A DNA stretch of 64,000 nt from Ignavibacteriota bacterium (GTDB lineage Bacteria; Bacteroidota; Ignavibacteria; Tepidaquicellales; OLB5): contig RPQH01000008.1 of the NCBI GenBank assembly GCA_003820375.1, positions 8,567 to 72,566 on the forward strand, given 5' to 3'. Position 1 is the first letter of the stretch. Every line of letters starts with the position of its first letter. Under the pieces are notes generated by a model. The model searched no databases. It saw only the letters and a program-made list of their open reading frames with translations, and was not told the origin of the DNA. This document shows, one piece after another, positions 57,033-64,000 of this stretch. A program made the position numbers and the translations under genes.

Positions 57033-57062
57033 TCTAACTTCTAACTTCTAGCTTCTAACTTC
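57033..57062. repeat. Right arm: inverted heptamer array
   Basis: tctaacttctaacttctagcttctaacttc is the reverse complement of the gttagaa array, with 1-2 mismatches. Confidence 0.85.
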
Positions 57063-57094
57063 TTATTTGTCGAAAGTTTAAAAGAAAAGAGTAA

Positions 57095-58141
57095 ATGAAA
57101 AATAAAGAATTTATATTATCCTGCCCGGTTGAGATACAAAAATACCCATCTGTTATGATGGCTCATGGCGGGGGCGGAAAGCTTATGCATAATCTCATCG
57201 AAAAGATGTTTATGCCGGAATTCAGCAAAATAGATGCAGGTAAGAGGCATGACTCTGCCGTGATTGATATTTCTTCAAATAAGCTTGCATTTACAACCGA
57301 TTCTTATGTAATCCATCCTTTATTCTTTCCGGGCGGCGATATTGGCTCGCTTGCTGTGCATGGTACGGTAAATGACCTTGCTATGAGCGGTGCTGTTCCC
57401 AAATACATCAGTGCAGGGTTCATCATAGAAGAAGGATTACCGATGGAAACACTATGGAGAATTGTCAATTCCATGAAGGAAACAGCAAAAATCTGCGGTG
57501 TAGAAATAATTACAGGTGATACTAAGGTTGTAGATAAAGGCAAAGGTGATGGAATATTTATTAATACTTCAGGAATTGGCGTTATTGAGCATAATTTGAG
57601 CATAAATCCAGCATCCATTAAAGAAGGAGATGCTATTATTATTAACGGGGATATCGGAAGACACGGTATTGCTATAATGGCAGTCAGAGAAGGGCTTGAG
57701 TTCGAAACGGTAATCGAAAGCGATTCTGCACCTCTTAATAGTATTGTAAATAAGCTAATTAATGAAGGTATCGAAATCCACTGTATGCGTGACCTTACCA
57801 GGGGCGGTTTATCCAGTGCACTTGCCGAAATTGCTGAAGCTTCTAATTTTGGCATAAATATTAATGAAAAGGATATTCCTGTTAGGGAAGATGTGCGGGG
57901 TGCCTGCGAGATACTCGGACTTGACCCGCTTTATGTTGCTAATGAAGGAAGGTTTGTTTTGTTTGTTCCGGAAAAAGATGCGGCTAAAGCATTACAATTA
58001 ATGCAGTTAGAAGAGCCGGCTGTTTCCATGATAGGTACTGTAAATACCAATAATAAAGGCATGGTTACTATGAAGAGCGTTATTGAGGCATCAAGAATTA
58101 TAGACATGCTGAGCGGTGAGCAGCTTCCGAGGATTTGCTGA
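57095..58141 (+). CDS. hypE: Hydrogenase maturation factor HypE
   Basis: 348-aa ORF of the AIR-synthase-like fold with the canonical C-terminus ..PRIC*. Confidence 0.95.
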   Translation: MKNKEFILSCPVEIQKYPSVMMAHGGGGKLMHNLIEKMFMPEFSKIDAGKRHDSAVIDISSNKLAFTTDSYVIHPLFFPGGDIGSLAVHGTVNDLAMSGAVPKYISAGFIIEEGLPMETLWRIVNSMKETAKICGVEIITGDTKVVDKGKGDGIFINTSGIGVIEHNLSINPASIKEGDAIIINGDIGRHGIAIMAVREGLEFETVIESDSAPLNSIVNKLINEGIEIHCMRDLTRGGLSSALAEIAEASNFGININEKDIPVREDVRGACEILGLDPLYVANEGRFVLFVPEKDAAKALQLMQLEEPAVSMIGTVNTNNKGMVTMKSVIEASRIIDMLSGEQLPRIC

Positions 58142-58930
58142 TTTTTGGCGATTTTCGCATAATTTAAATATGCTTATCGCTGATATTTTATGTTTCACGT
58201 GAAACATTTGTATAAAAATTGCGACATTTTTTTACCCAAATTAGCACAATTGGGTAACTTAATACCCTGCTGCTATTAGACTTAACTACTAAAATCATTT
58301 TCTTTAATTTTAAGCTGTATTTGCGGTATTTAGGATGATTTTACTGCAAAAATAATCACGCTATCTGCTTATTTATATAATTGTTATATGGATATTTCGT
58401 ATATTTGAAAACATCATTTATGCATTTTACAACAGAATGATAGCATGATGAACGCAAAATGTTGAATATTGAGTTATATTTAACATAATTGGGTTATGAA
58501 GCTCTCCTCTCATATATAAATCCACCAGACTTGATAAAATGGGGCATAAATGAGAATTATAGGTTACACGGATTAAGATGAAATACAATCAACTGAATAT
58601 AACGCGTAATATTGTCGCAATTTATTAGTAATGAACCTTATGCATTTTCGCAAGTGTTATTCATGCTAAGTCTATAAATACGAATAAGTCCTGAATCCGG
58701 AATAATTTTACAAATAACTTAAAATTTCAATCCATTAAAGAACTCAGGACTTAGTAAGTTTTTTCAATCATCCATTAAGCTTACTAAGTCCTGGGATTAT
58801 TCGTTCATTAACGATTATATCTATCTAAATAATTTTATAAAGAGATAAGAATAACTCTAATCAAAAGACTTAGCAAGAATATCTGTATTACATGCATAAG
58901 GTCGATTAACAATTCAGTTTTTTTTAAAAT

Positions 58931-60589
58931 CTATTTTATTAAAACCAACTTCCTTGTTTCAACAAACTCCCCTGCTTGCAATGAATAAAAATACACACCG
59001 CTTGCAAAATCTCCTGCATTCCAATCAACTTCGTGAATGCCTGCTTCCAGCTTACCGTTTATAAGGGTTGCTACTTCTCTTCCGGTTATATCATAAATTT
59101 TCAATACCACATGTTCCACCCCCCTTGCCCCCCTTTTAGGGGGGATTGAAAAGCGGATGCGGGTTGATGGATTGAAGGGATTGGGATAGTTTTGTGATAA
59201 TTCAAATCTATCAGGTATGTGCGTTGAGCTTGGGTTTGTTCCCACAAACTGAGAATATTTTATTGTTGTGAGCCCCTGTACACTGCTACCTGACACAAAT
59301 ACATTATTAAATTTATCTAAACCAAGAAAGTTCGCATAATCCGTCGATGAATTACTCGGGCTGTTATATATTTGCAGCCATTGCTGAACTCCGGATGAGT
59401 TATATTTAATTGTTGTATAATCCCATCCTGAACCACTTCCGGGTCTGGGACTATTATCACTGAAACCTGTTACATACACGTTATCGTATTTATCAATTTT
59501 TATTGACGAAGGTATATCCAAATTATTATAAGGGTCGTTATACCTCTGTACCCATTGCTGCACTCCGGATGAGTTATATTTAATTGTAGCGAAGTCCCTT
59601 TGTGTACCGGTACCTGTGCTATAGCCAGTTATATATACATTACTGCTGCTATCTACAGCTATTGAAGTGGCCTTATCTTCATATGCGCCTCCGGGTGAAA
59701 AGTATTTTTGGGTCCATATAGAATCACCTGATGAATTGTATTTAATCGTTACAAAATGGGAATTATAACTACTCCCTGTGCAACCGCCGGTTACATAAAT
59801 ATTACCAAGTTTATCCAAAGCTATTGATGTTGTCTCATCAAACCAATTTCCTGTACCATTATATCTTCTTACCCACTGCTCAACACCTGATGAATTATAC
59901 TTTATCGTACAATAATCATTGGATAAGCTATCGATCCAACAGCTTGAACCTGTTATATATACATTACCTAGTCTATCCAGTACTAAAGCAATAGCTCCGT
60001 TAAACTTTTGATAATCATCTATACTGCCTGTATATCTTGTTTCCCATTGTTTCACTCCGGAAGTATTGTATTTTATTGTAACACAATCATATCCTGTATA
60101 ATTATCACCCACACTTTGTCCTGTCACATATGTATTTCCTGAGTCATCGGTTTTAAGTGAAAACGCAATGTCAATTGAATTTCCTGAACCATTGTAAATT
60201 TGTACCCATTGCAGTATACCTGAGGAACTATATTTTATTGTGCAGTAATCACTTGTAGTATAATAAGAATTCCAATTAGTCACACCTGTAATATAAACGT
60301 TACCCCATTTATCCACATCAATTGAATAACCAATATCCATATAGCTGTAAGTACCGTTATATGTCTTTACCCATTGAAGTACACCTGAGGAATTATATTT
60401 AATTGTTATTATATCATGCGAATCTATTAGCCAGCATACTCCAGTAATATATACATTTCCTGAATCATCAATTGCACCTGTATTTGCACTGCTGTTTGGA
60501 TATATTGCCGCCCATTCCTGTGTTACCTGTGCAAGTGATATATTTATTGTACAAAATGAAATAAATAAATAAGTAAAAATCTTTTTCAT
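58931..60589 (-). CDS. Secreted SBBP beta-propeller-repeat protein with T9SS C-terminal domain
   Basis: 552-aa ORF with a signal peptide, ~9 repeats of ..NVY[IV]TG....D[YF].T[IV]KYN.SGV.QW, and a C-terminal NYPNPFNPST domain. Confidence 0.8.
   Translation of the reverse strand: MKKIFTYLFISFCTINISLAQVTQEWAAIYPNSSANTGAIDDSGNVYITGVCWLIDSHDIITIKYNSSGVLQWVKTYNGTYSYMDIGYSIDVDKWGNVYITGVTNWNSYYTTSDYCTIKYSSSGILQWVQIYNGSGNSIDIAFSLKTDDSGNTYVTGQSVGDNYTGYDCVTIKYNTSGVKQWETRYTGSIDDYQKFNGAIALVLDRLGNVYITGSSCWIDSLSNDYCTIKYNSSGVEQWVRRYNGTGNWFDETTSIALDKLGNIYVTGGCTGSSYNSHFVTIKYNSSGDSIWTQKYFSPGGAYEDKATSIAVDSSSNVYITGYSTGTGTQRDFATIKYNSSGVQQWVQRYNDPYNNLDIPSSIKIDKYDNVYVTGFSDNSPRPGSGSGWDYTTIKYNSSGVQQWLQIYNSPSNSSTDYANFLGLDKFNNVFVSGSSVQGLTTIKYSQFVGTNPSSTHIPDRFELSQNYPNPFNPSTRIRFSIPPKRGARGVEHVVLKIYDITGREVATLINGKLEAGIHEVDWNAGDFASGVYFYSLQAGEFVETRKLVLIK
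59115..59146. repeat. GC-rich palindrome embedded in-frame in the T9SS domain
   Basis: cccccc-tttta-gggggg (59128-59144), preceded by a C-run. It encodes PPKRGARGVEH. Confidence 0.75.
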
Positions 60590-60600
60590 GATGTTTTCTT

Positions 60601-62244
60601 TTATTTAAGTAAAACTAATTTCTTCGTATCAATCACTACTCCATCTGAAATCAATGAATAGAAATACACACCGCTTGCAAAATCTCCTGCATTCCAATCA
60701 ACTTCATGTGTGCCGGGAGTGAGCTTATCATTTATGAGAATCGCAACTTCCCTGCCAAGTATATCAAAGATTTTCAGGGACACTATCCCCCCTTTACCAA
60801 AGGGGGGACTAAGGGGGGTTTCCGGAATTTCAAACTTTATCTTTGTTGATGGATTGAATGGATTGGGATAGTTTTGTGATAATTCAAATCTATCCGGTAT
60901 GTTAGATGAGATTGGATTTGCACCAACAAACTGTGAATATTTTATTGTTACCAATTTTCTATTATAATTATTATATAAATGACTCGTCCCGGTTACATAT
61001 ACATTACCTGTTTTATCGATTGCCATTGAAGTTGCTACATCTACAGAGGTGGAATCACCATTATAAATTTGCGCCCATTGTAGGATACCTGATGAATTAA
61101 ATTTCACTGTGCAAAAGTCATTAATAGTATTAGTGGAAGATAATAATCCTGTTAAATAAATATTCCCCAACTTATCCATTGAACTGGCAAGTGGCTTACC
61201 AGATCCATAAAATGTAGGTGCATTATATACAGCAACCCATTGCTGAACACCTGATGTGTTATATTTGACTGTAGCGTAGCCGCGTTCTCCCTGTATTGAA
61301 ACGTTATTCCCCGATACATATGCGTTACCCAGCGTATCTACTATCATAGTAGATGCAATATCAGACATATTAGCTGGATCTTTGTACAATTTCACCCATT
61401 GTTGTACTCCGGACTTATCATATTTAATTGTACAATAATCAAATCCTATTTGACCGAGGCTTCCTCCAGTTACATAAACATTGCTATTAAAATCAACACC
61501 AATAGCATAGGTATTTTCCCAACTCGAATCATATATCCTAGCCCATTGAAAAACACCTGATGAATTGTATTTAACTGTACAATAGTCATAATAATTATTA
61601 TTAAAACCGCAGCTACCGCATATAAATACATTACCTGCGGTATCTATTGCTAATGCAGTACTCCATTCATTACCTATAATATCGTATGGTTGTGCCCATT
61701 GCTGAACACCTGATGTGTTATACTTAATAGTGTAAAATCCACGACCGGATGCAAGGCTATAACTATCTCCTGCTACATATATATTTCCTTTTTTGTCTAT
61801 TTTTACATCAGTAGGCCAATCCGAATTATTACCTGGTCCGTTAAATCTTTGTACCCACTGTTGAATACCCGAAGAATTGTATTTTATAGTACAGAAATCC
61901 TCCATTGTCCCTATACCAATACTGCTTCCTGTTACATATATATTACCGGATTTATCAATTGCCATAGCTGTTACCTTATCGGCTGAATCAGCCGGTGAAT
62001 TATAATATGTTACCCATTGCTGAATACCTGATGGACTGTATTTAATAATACAGTAGTCTGTTTGAGTACCCGGATTTATTTTACTGCATGATATATATAT
62101 ATTTCCCGCAGAGTCAGTTACTAAAAATGCATTATCAGAAGATAATGGTCCATTGAATATTTGTAACCACTCCTGTGTTACCTGTGCAAGTGATATATTT
62201 ATTGTACAAAATGAAATAAATAAATAAGTAAAAATCTTTTTCAT
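60601..62244 (-). CDS. Secreted SBBP beta-propeller-repeat protein with T9SS C-terminal domain (paralog)
   Basis: 547-aa ORF with the same repeat type. Its first 26 residues are identical to those of 58931-60589. Confidence 0.8.
   Translation of the reverse strand: MKKIFTYLFISFCTINISLAQVTQEWLQIFNGPLSSDNAFLVTDSAGNIYISCSKINPGTQTDYCIIKYSPSGIQQWVTYYNSPADSADKVTAMAIDKSGNIYVTGSSIGIGTMEDFCTIKYNSSGIQQWVQRFNGPGNNSDWPTDVKIDKKGNIYVAGDSYSLASGRGFYTIKYNTSGVQQWAQPYDIIGNEWSTALAIDTAGNVFICGSCGFNNNYYDYCTVKYNSSGVFQWARIYDSSWENTYAIGVDFNSNVYVTGGSLGQIGFDYCTIKYDKSGVQQWVKLYKDPANMSDIASTMIVDTLGNAYVSGNNVSIQGERGYATVKYNTSGVQQWVAVYNAPTFYGSGKPLASSMDKLGNIYLTGLLSSTNTINDFCTVKFNSSGILQWAQIYNGDSTSVDVATSMAIDKTGNVYVTGTSHLYNNYNRKLVTIKYSQFVGANPISSNIPDRFELSQNYPNPFNPSTKIKFEIPETPLSPPFGKGGIVSLKIFDILGREVAILINDKLTPGTHEVDWNAGDFASGVYFYSLISDGVVIDTKKLVLLK
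60785..60822. repeat. GC-rich palindrome embedded in-frame in the T9SS domain (variant)
   Basis: cccccc-tttaccaaa-gggggg followed by actaagggggg. It encodes ETPLSPPFGKGGI. Confidence 0.75.
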
Positions 62245-62255
62245 GATGTTTTCTT

Positions 62256-64000
62256 TTATTTAAGTAAAATAAGTTTCTTTGTATCAATCACCACACCATC
62301 AGCAATTAATGAATAAAAATACACACCGCTTGCAAAATCTCCTGCATTCCATTCCACTTCATGCGTGCCTGCTTCAAGATTGCCGTTTATAAGGGTTGCT
62401 GCTTCTCTTCCGGTTATATCATAAATTTTCAATACCACATGTTCCACCCCCCTTGCCCCCCTTATAGGGGGGATTGAAAAACTAATGTGAGTGGATGGAT
62501 TGAAGGGATTGGGATAGTTTTGAGAAAGAGAAAAATTTTCAGGTATTTTATTATTTGTATTAATGTTGCCAGTAATTCCATTAAATAGTATTCGCCAGAC
62601 ACTATAATTCGTACCCGTTACCAGGTAACCATTATTTACACTGAATGAATATGCGCTTAAATTTGGAGGTAAGTCATTATTCAAAGAAATCCAGTTTATT
62701 CCATTGTTTGTTGAATAGTAAATACCGTGAGATTCAGTGCCCGCAAATACAGTATTGCTATACACATAAAGTGATTTAACTCTTTGCTTTGTTAAACTTG
62801 TTGAGATCCAATTTTGTCCATTATCATATGAAATACTTATTCCGGTACTTCCTCCGGCATAAATAATATTATTATTGGCAGCTATCGCCCATATATATTG
62901 ATTGTTTAAAACTGGTTGACTCCAATTTGTCCCATTGTTTGATGATATAAATAATCCTGTACTGGTACCTGCAAATACATTACTATTATTTGCTGCAAGT
63001 GAATAAACAGATTGAAATTGACCTGTTGATATCCAATTTACTCCATTATTAGTAGAACGATTTACCTGGTGATAGTCACCTGCAAAAACATCATTACCTT
63101 TAATTTTCAGTGAATGAACAGGAGTGCTTAAAGCTGTTTTAGACCAGTTTATACCGTTATTTGTTGAAATATATACACCAACATGGCTAAATGTATCAGA
63201 TGCCCATACACCTGCATATAAATTATTACCGTTGACTGCAAATGAAGAAACATCATAATCAAAATTTAACGGATACCAGTTTGCTCCATAATCAGATGAC
63301 CTGTATGTTGCTCCAATAAAGGATAAACCTGAAGCAGCAAACATGTAATTATCTTTTGATACAATAGAATTTACAGTCCGGAAATTCATACTTGTTTGTA
63401 CCCAATTCTGACCGTTATTAGATGACTTTAAAACGCCTAATTGGGATGAGCCGGCTAAAATAGTATTGTTCACAGGTAATAAAGCATAGAAGCTGTTATA
63501 ATTAATATTATTCTGAGTCCAGTTTAAGCCATTGTTAGTTGAGACAAATAGTCCGGAATAATTTGTTCCTGCGATAATATTATTATCGATTGGAATTACA
63601 CTATTAACATTTTTATCGATTAAACCAAGTGGTATCCAATTTTCACAGTAATTTGTAGAATATAATAATCCATGCGTATTGGTTCCTGCAAGAATCCTAC
63701 TTCCATAATCAACAAGTGTGTTAATATCACTAATATAATAGTTAACAGGAATCCAGTTTGCTCCATTATTTGATGAACGGAATGTACCCCCACCTGTTCC
63801 CTGAAAAAGATATTCATCTTTTACCAACAAAGAATGAATCTCATAAAACGATTGACCTTGAGTCCAATTTAATCCGTAATCTGTTGATATATAAAATCCA
63901 TTACCTCCGGCAAATACATAATTATTTTTTATTGCTATAGAAAATATATATAGATTATTAACGCTTGTCTGAATCCAGTTTGAACCATTATTTGTGGATA
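62256..64000 (-). CDS. Secreted BNR/Ycf48-like repeat protein with T9SS C-terminal domain; 5' end beyond the window
   Basis: The frame stays open upstream of the track's Met (63830) to the window edge (..STNNGSNWIQTS..). It has many S.NNG.NW repeats and a C-terminal NYPNPFNPST domain. Confidence 0.8.
   Translation of the reverse strand, partial: STNNGSNWIQTSVNNLYIFSIAIKNNYVFAGGNGFYISTDYGLNWTQGQSFYEIHSLLVKDEYLFQGTGGGTFRSSNNGANWIPVNYYISDINTLVDYGSRILAGTNTHGLLYSTNYCENWIPLGLIDKNVNSVIPIDNNIIAGTNYSGLFVSTNNGLNWTQNNINYNSFYALLPVNNTILAGSSQLGVLKSSNNGQNWVQTSMNFRTVNSIVSKDNYMFAASGLSFIGATYRSSDYGANWYPLNFDYDVSSFAVNGNNLYAGVWASDTFSHVGVYISTNNGINWSKTALSTPVHSLKIKGNDVFAGDYHQVNRSTNNGVNWISTGQFQSVYSLAANNSNVFAGTSTGLFISSNNGTNWSQPVLNNQYIWAIAANNNIIYAGGSTGISISYDNGQNWISTSLTKQRVKSLYVYSNTVFAGTESHGIYYSTNNGINWISLNNDLPPNLSAYSFSVNNGYLVTGTNYSVWRILFNGITGNINTNNKIPENFSLSQNYPNPFNPSTHISFSIPPIRGARGVEHVVLKIYDITGREAATLINGNLEAGTHEVEWNAGDFASGVYFYSLIADGVVIDTKKLILLK
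62445..62474. repeat. GC-rich palindrome embedded in-frame in the T9SS domain
   Basis: cccccc-ttata-gggggg (62456-62472). It encodes PPIRGARGVEH. Confidence 0.75.

Overview
AT-rich chromosomal segment, by inference from an anaerobic FCB-group bacterium (Ignavibacteria/Bacteroidota-like), given the many T9SS C-terminal sorting domains, sigma-54 regulation and ferredoxin-linked metabolism. Left part (1-12 kb): redox and central-carbon genes, namely single-chain PFOR (nifJ type), a DHOD-like flavoprotein, a second two-subunit PFOR-like enzyme with a degenerate TPP motif, an aminotransferase, NADP-malic enzyme MaeB and a TM1266-like small regulator. Middle (12-35 kb): two long ORF-free intergenic regions that each carry a copy of a ~0.65-kb non-coding repeat. 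Between them lie a TonB-dependent receptor, an MFS transporter, histidine kinases, a trimeric NADH-type [FeFe]-hydrogenase operon (RR-hydC-hydB-hydA), a sigma-54 activator, a hipBA cassette flanked by a duplicated gene end, and secreted T9SS/BNR proteins. Right part (35-58 kb): the most unusual locus, a ~14.4-kb same-strand operon. It combines hdrC, hdrB, an hdrA split into two genes, a [FeFe]-hydrogenase-operon-type sensory/NuoE/Fd/NuoF cassette sitting inside the split, mvhD, and an Mvh-type [NiFe] hydrogenase. It is followed by hicAB, a second maturation protease, a relE-like pseudogene and hypABFCD-(four-helix-bundle insert)-E. The window ends with three tandem T9SS propeller-repeat genes. 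Small palindromic and short-tandem-repeat elements are scattered throughout, some inside coding sequence. No rRNA, tRNA, CRISPR array, transposase or integrase was recognised.
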